Shown: positions 12,651 through 25,893 of the stretch, piece by piece
Layout of the letters: every line of letters begins with the position of its first letter
How positions within the stretch are numbered: position 1 is the stretch's first letter
Source of the DNA: the human T2T-CHM13v2.0 reference genome, Homo sapiens
Length of the DNA stretch: 64,000 nucleotides
Strand: one strand, 5' to 3'
Assembly: GCF_009914755.1 (NCBI RefSeq)
Contig: NC_060927.1
Made by a program: the position numbers and the translations under genes
The notes under the pieces: generated by a model
Told to the model about the DNA's origin: nothing
The model's input: the letters and a program-made list of their open reading frames with translations, nothing else
Database searches by the model: none

Positions 12651-14489
12651 TGGCTTGCCTTCCATCTCTCCACCCCACATCGTATTACCATCATTTCTCT
12701 TCCTGGCCTCTCTTGCTTTCAAATTCTAACTTTCTCGTCTTTATCTCCTCCTCACCAGTTATCACAATTACCTCTGTAAAGAACTAAGATTTCTCCCACT
12801 ACTTTTTTTTTTTTTTTTCTAAAGAGAGAATAAAGCTTTGGCCGAAGACAGTTTTGATGAGATGGCTAGAAAAACTGCTTTTCTTCATTGGCATTTTGGA
12901 AATATTGCTCAGTGGTTTGGGACCCATTTATTTCTACTGCCTCTATCCATCTTTGCTTTATGGCTTGACTTCTGCTGCTTTAACTCCACATTCTGTTTTG
13001 CTCCACTTCAACTGTTTAGCTGCCAGGTTTGGTCTGGTTTCACTGATTTACTGTATCTAATCTCATTCCCTCCCTGGATTCTGAACCCCATCCTAGAAAA
13101 GGCACTTCCAGCTCACAGACTCGCATGTTTATCGATTGAAATTTAGTTCAATCGATAAACATTTTAGCATACTTGGGTTCAATTCCAATAGCACAGATGT
13201 TTTCAGATCATTTCAGATGGTGAGACCCAGAAATTTTAATTATTTTTCCAAACACTGCTAAAAACTGACATTAAATTTCATCCATGAACTGAAAACATTT
13301 TTACTAGGAGAAAATCATGATGCTGATATATGCAATTATGCTATAAAGTATTATTTTATTTTGTTAGGTATTCCATTTAATACTATAGAAGTATTATGAT
13401 ATTTATTACATAAAGCATTATTATAATAAAATCTCAGTACCACCCAGAAAAATTAAAGGTTTGACCTTAACTTTCTCCAATTTTTCCCTATTAATATCAA
13501 TTTGCTTTTCTTGTTAAGAAAATATTAAGGTGGAAAACTTGAAACAGGACATTCTGTTCTATTATTTTTATGTTGAGAATTGGGAAAATACAGCTTTTGT
13601 TGTATAGAATGTGGTATGTATGTGATGAGTATGGAAAATGCATACTTCCAACGGAAGCAGAGAGACTTGTTCAGGGGCCATTGCAAAACTCCACTGGCAA
13701 GGCGCTATCAGCCTGCAGCAAGGTTGTAGAGGCAAAGGTAAAAGATTAGAGATTGATTTTTAGAGGGTGAGCTAAAAGGACATATTGGAGAGCTCTTAGG
13801 CAGTGTGAGGGCATATTCTGACATCTTAAATGCCTCTGCATTTTAAAATTTCTGACCAGCTGTCAATTTTGTCCATCAAAATCTCAGCCTGGTTATCCTT
13901 GTTTATAAGCAGCAGATTTTTTGAGTGCCCCCATATGACTCCAGGTTTCAAATGTTTGCTTTATCGTATGTCCCAAAGTCCAAATACTGGAGAGTCATAT
14001 GGAAATATTCCAAAGATTTGCACACAGAAGTGTGACACATAAGGTGAGAACAGCCAATAAAGCTGTTAGGTATAAGCAGTTGTGCAAAAGAATCAGTTGT
14101 ATAGCCAGCCCTGCAATGCTTGGAATCAAGCAGCATGGACACAAAGTGTCTATGTGTACCCAAACAGGGCATAGACTTCAATGCTTTTTCCTTTCATGAC
14201 TAGTCTAAGGTTTTTGAAGCTCTTCTCATACCTTATCACATTTTACATACCTAAAAAGAATCAATATTTTCTTGTTCTTTACAACATTCTTTTTTGTTGT
14301 TGTTATTGCTATTGTTGAAGGACAATCAATTCTGATTTACATAAACTCAAGGGTAACTTAAAAAGACAGTTGCAGTAACTAAGATTGAAGCTGGCATGCC
14401 TTTCCCGAGTGAGGTGTTAGACATAAAAATGGCTTTCATTTTGTAATGGAGAAAAAAGACTTAAGTCTCTGGGACACACCACTCTTCTC

Positions 14490-14640
14490 CCCTAATCTCT
14501 TCCACAAATAGCAGCCTGGGTGATCTTTTTGTAATGAAAATTCTATCACAAACTCCAAATATTAAAACTTTCTCATGGCTTTCCATCATCTTAAGAATGA
14601 GATCCAAATTCTTCAACCTAGTTTAAATGGTTCTATGCCA
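14490..14640 (+). mobile_element. L2 fragment
   Basis: ccacaaatagcagcctgggtgatcttttt...catggctttcca...cttaagaatgagatccaaattctt. Confidence 0.6.
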
Positions 14641-14869
14641 GGGCTCTCCAACTCTGGTAGACCCAACCCTCCTTAATACAAATATTTTGTATTACCCTCT
14701 TCACTCTCCTGAGATGAAATCTACTCTTAAGATACTCTACCTACACTTGTATTTTTAAAAATGTTATAATATCTTAACTTTAATACTAAAAAGAAATATT
14801 AGAATGGGACAGAATATGGTTATAGAAGTTCTCATTCCCCTAGACATACCCAACGGAACAGGCAGCCTC

Positions 14870-15160
14870 AATTGCCACCAGCAGCCTCTCATGGCAAAGC
14901 GAGGGACCAGCCTCAAGTGAATTAAGCACTATAGATGGTAGAGTAGAGAGACAGAATTCAGGTCCTTGAGTAGAGTAGAGTATAGATGGTAGAGTAGAGA
15001 GACAAAGAGAATTCAGATTTCACTGCACTGGTGAATCAACCAACCCTGAAGCCCACATTACATTCAGACTTTTTAATGATCCAAAACAAATTCCTTTCAC
15101 AGTTGAACTTTCTACAATGGTTTTTCTGAGTATGACATAAAACATTATAACCAACATACC
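14870..15160 (+). mobile_element. Diverged MLT1-type LTR 3' part
   Basis: aatcaaccaaccctgaagcc...cagacttttt...aaattccttt...aaacattataaccaacatac. Confidence 0.4.
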
Positions 15161-15799
15161 CAGTCAAAAACAGAGCGTGAGAAACAGTGCTTTCTCAACA
15201 GCTTGTCTAAAGCATGCTTATATAATTATCAGGAGAATATGTGAAAATTAGTGAGGTTTTTTTCTGATTGATATGAATGAGATATCTTAGACTTCATAGA
15301 GATGATGTGTTTAAAGAACAGCCTAAACTAAATGTTTAGTAATGTTTCCCCTAATAATTCTTAAAGTTTAAGAATGACATTTTCTAATTTCTTATGTATT
15401 AAGGTCTAACATACTTCTCAGGCATTTAAGGCAATGGCGCAATAATATTCAAAAATTGTTAAAGCTACTCACCCCAACTCCTTCTACCAGTCCTGGTGCA
15501 GCTAAGTAATGCAGCTGACCATTAGCACACCTGAAACTACCACACTAATGTGGCTTTTCAGGGCAGGATGAGGAAATACAGTGCCCCTAGCTAACTTCTT
15601 GCAGCAAATATTTGTTTCAATTTTTTAAGTGTAGTTTTCCTAATACCATAACAAAATCATTTCCCCCACCTTTTCTCTTCATTCTTTCCCAAAAGTAATA
15701 CAGCTACTAAAACACTGATAGTATAACAATTTATGTTGTACTTCTTTCTGCTTTTATCCTAGATTATAATTGTACTACAGTAACTATAGTGATAAAGGT

Positions 15800-16045
15800 A
15801 AACACTTACATGGAACCATTTGTGTAGCAGGTCTTTATTCCAAGCACTTTGAAAACATTAACTCCTTTAACCCTATAATATCCCTACAATGGTGATTACT
15901 ACTTTTATTTTACTGATGAGAACACTGATTTTACTGATGAGAACGCTGAAGTTCAGAGAGGTTAAATCACTTGGCCCAAAGTTACACAGCTGTAAGCCAA
16001 GGTTTGAACAGAAGGTCAGTGCTCTTAGCCACTAGACTACCCTGC
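15800..16045 (-). mobile_element. MIR
   Basis: ttttactgatgagaacgctgaagttcagagaggttaaatcacttggcccaaagttacacagct. Confidence 0.8.
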
Positions 16046-17211
16046 GTCTCAATACAGAGAGCAGGCTGGGGAAAATACTGGCTAATATCGGAGAACATGT
16101 TTTGAGATTATTAGAAAATGAACTCACATACATCTCAAAGCTCTTAGATACAGGGAGATAAAGACTGCTTTTCAAAGAGAAACAAAAGTAAACAAAATGT
16201 ATTTCTTGAAGAGCTTACAAAGCTAAAGTCAGAAATGCATCTCCACTCTGTCCTGTCTGGTCATCTTTAAACTTCTACATCCTAAAGCTTTGGTTTCCAA
16301 TCAGTCACAATCTCTTGTGCTCTGATGCACTCCACACACTCACTCACACATGCATTGTGCATTTCACACCCACACACACACAAACATGCCCAAAATACAT
16401 GGAAGAAAGATAAAATTAGCTGTCTTCTCTTTGTTGTTGATCAAATGTAGCTGAAGAGTCAGCAGGGGATAAATATCTTGATGCTTACCTCAGGTACAAG
16501 TGCTTTGAAGAAGAACATAGAAGAGCAACTTTTAATGTAGCATTGTGAAAAGAAAAAAAAATGCTATAAAATCCAACCCCCATTGTGGGGTGTCATTTCT
16601 AACAATGAGGTTTGTTTTCTTTATCTGTAGTGCATATAGATGATCAAACAAAAATAACTGATCCACAGGCTCTGAAGTTTTTATCAGTAGTCACCTTCTG
16701 CATGGATTAATAAATCAAAAAGGGATTTTAATCCTATCTTCCCTTTAACATTATGGCACATACTTTTGCAATAAGCGTGGGGCAAATTGGGAGCCTTTCT
16801 GAGACACAGGTAGGCAAGTAAAAACCACATTAGCTGAACGTGCCTTCCTAGGTGGTAGAAACACATGGATCAAGGGAGGATGGTTGCAACACATCCCTAT
16901 CAGGAACCCACTGCAACTATCTGAAGCACCCTCCTACAGGAGGGGATGGGAAATGTCATCCTGCAGTGGAAGTGAATACAGGGCTGACTATTCAGATGGA
17001 AATGGCCACTTGGCTCAATTATGAACTGTGGTTGGCACTAATAGAGAAGCAATGATTTTGTTTAATTCTTTACAAAGACAAAAATTAAAAACCAGAAGGA
17101 GATAAAGCCAAGACCACTGCCAAAGATGATCTTTCTCTCCAATGTTCAGTAAATTCTACTCAACTCCATGATTCTCTCCCACCCTGGGCCTCCATCATTC
17201 AAATGTGAAAT

Positions 17212-17320
17212 CATTACCTGGATGGTGAAGTAATCTGTACACTAAACCCTTATGATACACAATTTAACTATATAGCCAACCTGCACATGTACCCCTGAAC
17301 CTAGCAGTTAAAAAAAGAAA
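17212..17320 (+). mobile_element. L1PA (older subfamily) extreme 3' end
   Basis: attacctggatggtgaagtaatctgtacactaaaccc...aacctgcacatgtacccctgaacct followed by an A tail. Confidence 0.85.
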
Positions 17321-17831
17321 ATGAAGATTTTAACACAACCCAAAGGGCCAACAGGGAAGCATCCCTTTTTTCCTTATAGAAAATAGTTCTCAGAACTATG
17401 ATGTATTCATCCACTTTTTAAAAGTGAAAAATTTTATAAAGCAAGAAACTCCTCAAAAAGGTCACAGATTTATCATGATGTTAAAAGTCATAAAAATTAT
17501 AGTTACAGGCTAAGTAGTTAAATCAGAATTACACACCACCCAATTAATTTTATAATCAATAGAGATTAAAGGAAATGAGGAAGTAAATGATAGGATCCCA
17601 GCTTAAATCAAATCAATATATATTTATTGATAGCCACCCCATATAAGATGCCATGAAGAAGGAAAAGTGTTATGGAAATATGTCCTTGTCTCTGAGCAGC
17701 TTACCACCTGGCTGGGGAATTGATATGTAATATGCAGAGAATTTATGTGCACAGCAATAACAATACAAGGGGTGTCACAAGGCCTCACACAAGTCATGAC
17801 CAACAGAACCATGTAGAAAAGAGCATTTGTA

Positions 17832-18050
17832 TTAATGCAATGGTCAAGAGCCTGGGCTCCAGAGCCAGACTTCCTGGATTTGAATCTCAACTCTACCACT
17901 TATAAGCTCATTGACCTTGGACTAGTTATGAGTCTTTCAGCAGGAATAAAATAGAACCTGACTCACATGATGATTGTAAAAATTAAGTGAGTGAATACTT
18001 GCCAAGTGCTTGCAAATAAGGCCTGGCATACAATAATTGCCATGGAAGTA
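17832..18050 (+). mobile_element. MIR
   Basis: tggtcaagagcctgggctccagagccagacttcctggatttgaatc...tgaccttgg...gcctggcataca. Confidence 0.85.
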
Positions 18051-18329
18051 TTAAATGGGCGAAATACAATTGAAAGAAGAGAAAGATCTCCGTTGCTCTA
18101 AAGTCTCCCAAAGTCCTAGGACGGTTTAAGCAGTGACGGATGATATCATGTTCATTTTCCCCTTCCCACGAATTCCCTCCCTACTGCTACAAACATTCTT
18201 AGGTCTAGACCATACTAAAGATTAAAAATGATAAATAGTCTCTACTTTGTAAACTCCCTGTAAAAAATGTTAGACTCTTCTACATATGCATCTATTTATC
18301 ACTGCTCACATTCATTCATTCCCTTATAG

Positions 18330-19870
18330 CTCAAAACCTGACTCCAACCCCTACCATTCTACAGAAAGCACTACAAAAACCCTAAAATCTAAATCCAACT
18401 CCCATTTCTCCTTAGTCAACACCCTCTCTAGAACATTACAAATTATTCACCGTTTGATCATCACAATTTTCTACTTCCTAGGCTCTGTCATTGCCATCAG
18501 AATTTTGGCTTCGAGAAGTAAGGACTGCTCTTCCTCATACCTACATCTCTTGGCATGCAGTAGCATGTTCAATTAAATTGCTTTACTAGACAGCGCTCTC
18601 TACGACTTTTGGTCAGCAGACTTCTGAGATGTCCCTCAAGATTCTTGCCTCTGGTATATGTAACCCATATAATTCCTCCCTCTTAAGTATGGGCAACACT
18701 TGGGTAAGACGGAGTACACTTCTGTGACTAGGTTATGTTATACAACAAAGGTAAGGGGATTTCTCGGATGTAATTAGGATGCCAAAATCAATTGACTTTG
18801 AGTTAATCAAAAGGGAAATTATCTTGGGTGGGCCTGACCTATTCAGGTGAGCCATTTTAAGGGGCTGAGGCTTTTTTTTCTTCCTAAAGGAAGAAATAAT
18901 TCAAAGCCTAAAAGAAATTCTACTGCTGGCCATGAAGGAGAAAGCTCTCAAGTTGTGAGAGGGCTTCAAGAGATAGCCATGTGGCGGAGACCTGAGAGCA
19001 GCTTCTAGGAGCTGAGAATGAACGCTGCGCAGTAGCCGAAAGATAATGGGTGCCCCAGTCCTACAATCACAAGGAAACAGATTCTGCCAACAGGAGACAG
19101 CTCGGAACTGGGTATTTCCCTAGTCAAGCAAGCCTCCAGATAAGAGCACAGTCAACTGACACCTTGATTTCAGCCTTCCAGGACCTTTAGCTGAGGACCC
19201 CAGCTAAAATATGCCATGTTCCAGCCTAAATATTCCAGCCCATGAAAATGGTGAGACAATAAATTTCTGTGGCTTTAAGCCACTACATTTGTGGTAATGT
19301 ATTACACAGCAATAGCAATCTCCCGTACCCTCTGCCTTCCCTCTGTCTTTTCCTCTGGCTGTTTTTTCTTGATCCAACACCTAAATGTGGGTTAATTTTT
19401 CCTGGAATTTCTTCTTTCTCAACACTCTCCAAAGTGATTATGCCTAATTGAGTTACTTTAATAACCATCTATATGTGATTATTGCTAGATTTTTAGACTG
19501 CTCTTCTCTCTTAAGTCATGTCCTATTTTTCCTACTGCCTGCTGGTCAATTCCATGTGGGCACTACCAAACTCCTCATTTGATATCTCCCAAATCTACCT
19601 TATTATTGCCCCATCTACCTCTTGCTCAATATCTCTCCCTCCTAGCTGGGCCAGTCCTGTTAATGTCTTCTCCATCCTCCCAATCATTTAGTTTGTAAAC
19701 ATCACTAGGACATTCTTCCTCTCCTGTTTCCATTAGAACCAATAATTGGCCAACTCCTGTTTTAACAAGTTTATATTCAAGGCTTCTTTTCTATTCCCAA
19801 TAGGTACTAGGTTGGCCTTTTTCTTCCTAATTTATTAAAACCTTAGTTCAAAATCTCTAAGTATTTACAA
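18330..19870 (+). mobile_element. L2 fragments flanking the MLT1E LTR
   Basis: Pyrimidine-rich L2-like motifs (ctccaacccctaccattctacagaaa; ccatctatatgtgat; ctactgcctgctgg) on both sides of the LTR. Confidence 0.45.
18608..19320 (+). mobile_element. MLT1E-type MaLR LTR
   Basis: gactttgagttaatcaaaagggaaattatcttgggtgggcctgacct...gacaccttgatttcagcc...tttaagccactacatttgtggtaat...acagcaatag. Confidence 0.85.
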
Positions 19871-19934
19871 GTAGGTCTTCCAAAGGTAATGAAATTGGCA
19901 CAACCCCAAGAGGGCTCTCAAAGTCCAATACATG

Positions 19935-20075
19935 TAAGTTTCCAATCTCAGCTCTGCCACTTAATTGCAATGACCTAATCATATTTTTAATATCTTTGGG
20001 TCTCAGTTTCCTCATTCAATTATTGGAGAAGGTAACATCTATCTCACAGGGCTATTGTATTACATGTAAAGGAAT
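19935..20075 (+). mobile_element. MIR
   Basis: aatctcagctctgccacttaa...tctttgggtctcagtttcctcat...tctcacagggctattgt. Confidence 0.75.
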
Positions 20076-21629
20076 CCAATCAATGATAACTGTTCGAATT
20101 ATTACCTGGAATCGTGGCAATAGGACCCATTTCCCTGTCAATCGGACTTGAAAGCTTAACAAGGCCTTCAATTCTTCTTCCTATATCCCTTTACTGAACC
20201 ATCAGGGTAAACTGAATCAATGTCCTACTTGGTAGCTTCATCAGAGCACGTTTTGAGTCTGCATCCAGATTGTTAACTCTTGGAAAACATTAGCAATATT
20301 GCTTGTTTATCCTTCTTTCTGTGAACACTGACTACCACATTCAGCAATAAACATTGATAAAGAAACTGAAGAGTTGTTAAAATGGAAACTTGACAGCATA
20401 AAGGAAAAAGGACAAAGAAGCAAGTGACAGGGGTAAATGCAATTGGTAGGCTGCATCTTAGCTAAACTCAAAGTGAAGCAATGATGCCCCAGCAGGCTAA
20501 GGTTACTCTTAATGAGAAAGTCCCTTGGGACATAAATGTCATCACTGAGATCTGATCTTCTTCTAGGACAGTTAGAATTTTCTTACGGGAGAGAGGCAGA
20601 TACTAGTGTTGTTCACCTCATCACATGCAACCCAAAGAAAATACCCAATATGAATGGGATTCTTTTGAACAAAGGGAAAGAATAAAAATAATTGGATATG
20701 CTTGACAACTTTCAGTTACTCTGCTTGGCCTTAAGGTGTTAAGAGTTGAAAATCTAGCTTTTACCTAGTGCAGCTGAAAATCTCTCTATATAATGCAAAA
20801 CTTCAAACCACCTTACCAAAGAGAGGACAGCACTGAGACCTAGTTATCTCTTAGGAAACTTCGCAGGCTATTACTTTGAGTACAAAACAATGACACAACT
20901 TTATTTCCTGCCAAACACTGAGGGTACGACATTCATAAAAATTTTGGTCTAGTTTATGAAAAATAAACCAGGAGGCATCAGTTAAAACTCTTATAAATAC
21001 CTTCTTTAAGTGATTTTAAAAGATTTCACTGATTTCTTCCACTTATCAATAGTAATGAAATAAAAAAAAGTCCTAGAAATGGTTACGCTTTGGACAAGAT
21101 TTGAGTAAGACATTAAAAAATTCTATTGGAAGACTGTCCCAGAAAGGAGCAAGAGCTAAATATGGAGACAAAATTCAAAGAAACCCAAGCAAAAAGAAGG
21201 AAGGAAGTCAGGAGGAATTTCCTGAACAGGCACAACAACTTCAGACCCATGAGGGATGGGAAAACAAAAGAAGTTCTAGATGGCCTTACCAGCTAGAGAA
21301 CAAGCAAACCCTGGCAAGAGCCTCCCCAGGCAGCAGGTTTAACATGGCCCGGCCCTGTTTAAGGGTATCTATCACACAGTGATAGATGATGCTCTAATAA
21401 GGCTCTGCAGGGTGATGGAGGGAACCCATAAACCCAATGTGGTTGGGATGAGGATGGAACAATAAAGAAGAGAGAATAAAAGGTTACTAGTTGTTGAGAA
21501 CCCTACATGTAATTTTATGTATAATAGTTGACTTTATCCCCACAACAACTTTCTAAAATATCAATATACTCACTGTATAGGTGTGGAAGCATAGGTACTA
21601 AGAGGCTAAGTGAGGAGGTGGAAGAAGTC

Positions 21630-21975
21630 ATTGGTGAGCAAGCATTTCCATTCTTTCCTAAACACCTATGGAAGAAGCATACCTCCCTGCCTTCACTGTT
21701 GGACTTGGTCATGTGACTCGCATGAAAAGGCAACAGAAGACCATGTACCAGCTTAAGCCCGTGCCTTAAGAAGTTTCTGCTTGTACCTCTGGGAGATACT
21801 GACTGACTGGAGAAGAACATACACTTTCCAGGCAAACACAAAGCCATGATCATGGCACCAAAATGAGACATATGGGGCAGAGCCGTCTTCTGACCTGCAG
21901 ATTTGCAGTATTAAAAAGATGCCCTCAGCTGCTCTGTGGAGCTGTGAGGATACAATGAGACTGTTGCATTCCACT
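21630..21975 (+). mobile_element. Diverged MLT1 (I/J-like) LTR
   Basis: ttggtcatgtgact...gagacatatggggcagagcc...gacctgcag. Confidence 0.45.
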
Positions 21976-22695
21976 GGAGAATAGAGCGAGTAACCAGTTT
22001 ACTCAAGTGTCTAAAAGTGATTTTTTCACTAAGTACCTCTTACTAGCACTTAACACTGTGTCTAAAACACAGTAGCCATTTTCTGAACAAACATTACCTT
22101 TTTTCTTCCACAGAGAGGAAGAACCACAGAAGTATAATACAGAAACCCACTTCTGACTTCCACCTCAAAATTCTAAATATAGTACCTTTATGAGGTGTCT
22201 TACTTCTGAGCCAACTTGATTCTTACACAGCCTATCCCATTTTGTTCTGGTTCATTGTGGGTCTAAGGGCAATATTTTTTTTTCTGCCATAAACTGCTTT
22301 CTTGCACTGTTACTTTTACAAATCACATTAGCTAAAAATACTGCATTTTATTCTCTTATATCATTCTCTCTCTAAGGCAGGATACTTCACTCTTCACTGT
22401 ATTTTTATAACTCTCATCTGGTATTTTTTTATGTCTGTTTTCTGCTCTTATCTCCATCAAGTTTAGATAACAGTCACCAACTTCTTGATGACTCTAAGCT
22501 TTTACTGAACTTTGGGAGATTACATCTATGTAAGGTTCGATGTACTCTACTAATTAAAGATCTCTTTCTATTGCTTCCATCAGTTTTCATTCCTTGAGAT
22601 TAAGCCAATAGTTGCAAGGGTGGTGAGATTCAGGGCAGTGATAATTCTCAACTACTCTAAAGCAAGATTGCTCCTTTTTCTCAGTCCTGGTTTTG

Positions 22696-22993
22696 GGCCA
22701 GGTGCGGTGGCTCACACCTGCAACCCCAGCACTTTGGGAGGCCAAAGTGGGCAGATTACTTGAGGTCAACAGTTCAAGACCAGCCTGGACAACATGGTGA
22801 AACCCTGTCTCTACTAAAAATACAAAAATTAGCCAGCCATTGTGGTGCGCACCTATGGTCTAAACTACTTGGGAGCTGAGACAGAAGAATAGCTTGAACT
22901 CTGGAGGCAGAGGCTGCAGTGAGCTGAGATCGCACCACTGCACTCTAGCCTGGATGACAAAGCAAGATTCCATCTCAAAAGAAAAAAAAAAAA
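22696..22993 (+). mobile_element. AluS (Sz/Sx-like)
   Basis: Full dimer ggccaggtgcggtggctcac...catctc followed by an A tail; no clear TSD. Confidence 0.92.
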
Positions 22994-23726
22994 GAATGAC
23001 CATTAACTTCATTCTATCCCTTACATGCAACATTCTTGCTCCATCATTTCTTTTTATGATGTTGGCCTAATGATTTAGTATTTAAGTTTTCTTTACAAAC
23101 TGGATAACAATTAACAATTTTATAGGAAAGCAGAGGCTCTCCCAACTCAGAACCACTGCTGGCTCACTCTTATCCGTAGAATCAATTCAGGATGCTTAGT
23201 GTAGCTGTCGCTGGCTGTTTCACTGACCTATCTCTTGCTGACAGCTCCCTCAAAACTATCTCCCCACCTCCCACACATACTTGAAAGGGAACTAATGTTT
23301 ATGCTTTCAATATTATTTAAGTATATATTTTAATTATTTCAAATCATTTAGTATTTTACTGGTGAAGGATGAAGGCTCAAGTTCTATCTTGTCCTCGGCT
23401 ACACATGCAGTAAATGACAAAGCCATCTTACCAAAGTCGGGAGTCTGCATTTCCTAAGCACCTCACTGACATCCTGCAACTTGGCTTACAAACTTCCCTC
23501 AGCTCAAAACGCCTCTCAAACACCCCCTTCTGGTGAGCACTTACAGACTCTCTCATGTCCAGCTCAGAGTCTTCTCTTAGTAGCTTTTTATGGCCACCCT
23601 GAGACAAAATTAACTGTTGCCCCATGTGTGTATCCGTGGTCTCCTGCATAGTTTTATTAGAGGAAACATGCAAATACACTATTCCTCTGCTCACCCCACT
23701 GACCTACAGCTCCTTGGCAGTAGGGC

Positions 23727-24039
<313 letters not shown>

Positions 24040-24681
24040 TGGGCCTTTATTTTTAATTCTCAGGACTGACTATAGTTTTTGACACATTGTAGGCACTCAA
24101 CATTCAACATCCAATAAATGAGTGTTGGACCTAATCTAGATAGCTACTACAATTATTAATGAAAAGGAAAGAGCTCTGAGGGAACATGCTTCCATCCATA
24201 TGCGTCATCTATAATATACTGATAGTGATAAAAACTGAGTGTATAGTGAAACCGTGGTAAATATATCACTATATAGCATTTTTATCTTAACACAGAGGTT
24301 CTTTTAAAAGCTTCTGAGGATGGCTTATCAGTACTTCATAAGCAAGAGACTACTAGCATGCAGGCAATTTACAAATAAACATAATTCTAATTTTCACAGC
24401 TAAACAATTGAGAAGGGTCATAGGATCCTTAAAAACTGTTTATGAAAAATAGCTCCTGCCTCAAATAGCTCACATGGATCTACTGGGGGAAGCATTGGTG
24501 ACAGGAGTAAAATTAACATGTTGCCAACCTACCAATGTGCTTTTCTTGGATGTTGTCACCTACTAACATCAAATCACCTATACTTGTTTATATTTGATTA
24601 TGGTTTTTGAAAACACATTTTTGTGTTTGTTTTTTACTTATAAGATTAAAACACATCAAAACATTTGCTAGAAGAATTGTC

Positions 24682-25893
24682 TTTTTTTTTTTTTACTGTG
24701 ATAACACTTAAGATACATACTCTTAAGAAAATTTTAAGTGCACTAGATAATATTGTTAACTGTACACACATTACACAGATCATCTCTAGAACTAATAGTT
24801 CATCTTCCATAACAAACTTTATATCTGTCAGACAGAAACTCTCTATTCATCCCTGCCCCCATCACTATCCCCTGGTAATGACCATTCTACTTTTTTGAAT
24901 TTGACTGTTTTAGATTTCTCATATAAGTGGAATCATGCACTTCTGTGACTGGTTAATATCATCTGACATGATGACCTTCAGGTTCATCTACATTATCTCC
25001 TATGACAAGGTGAATAATGTTCATATATATATATGTGGGGGGTGTACTATACATGTATATCACATTTTCTTTATATATCCATCTGTGGAAGGACATTTAG
25101 GTTGTTTATGTATTTTAACTATTATGAATAATGCTGCAATGAACATGAGAGTGCTAATATCCTTTGAGATACTGATTTTAATTCTTTAAAATACTCAGAA
25201 GTGGTATTGCTAGATCATGGGGTAAATCTATTTTCAAAATTTTAGAAATCTCCATACAGTTTTCTATAATCATTGCATCGTTTTATTTTCCCACCAACTG
25301 TTTAGAAGGATTCCAATTTCTTCATACACTTACCAGCACTTGGGTTTTGGGTTTGCTTTTGTGACAACAGCCCATCCTAACAGGTGTGAGGTGTCCTCTC
25401 ACTGCGGTTCTGATTCACAGTTCCCTGATGATTAGTAATGGTGAACATCATTTCATATACCTGTTGGCTATTAGCATGTTTCTTTGGAGAAATTTCTATT
25501 TAAGTCCTTTTGCTCATTTTGTAACCAAGTTGAGTGGATTTTTTTGGCTATTGAGTTATAGGAATTCCTTACATATTTTGCATATTAGATGCATCAGATG
25601 TATGGTTCATTTTTTCTCCTATTCCATAGGTGGCTTTTCCACTCTGTTGACTGTTTCCTTTGCTGTGCAGAAGCATTTCAGTGTGAGGTAGTTTCAATTG
25701 TCTATTTTTGGTGCCTGTGATTTCGGTGTCCTATCCAAGAAATTATTGCCTAGACAAATGTTAAGGAGATTTCCCCATTTCCTTCTACAGACGTTATAGA
25801 TTCAGGTTTTACTTCTAAATCTTTGTTTCACTTTGAGCTTATTTTTATGTACCACAGAATACATTAAAATTGGACCCTTTTATTATACCATAT
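24682..25893 (-). mobile_element. 5'-truncated L1MA (MA8/9-like) with terminal ~42-bp inversion
   Basis: T tail, then reversed 3'UTR (tctctagaact...cccctggtaatgaccattctac) and ORF2 end; final 25852-25893 in opposite orientation. Confidence 0.85.

Noticed and set aside
16480-16520. Minus-strand donor GAG|GTAAGC
   Set aside because: The only nearby acceptor gives an implausible 14-nt exon; no support.
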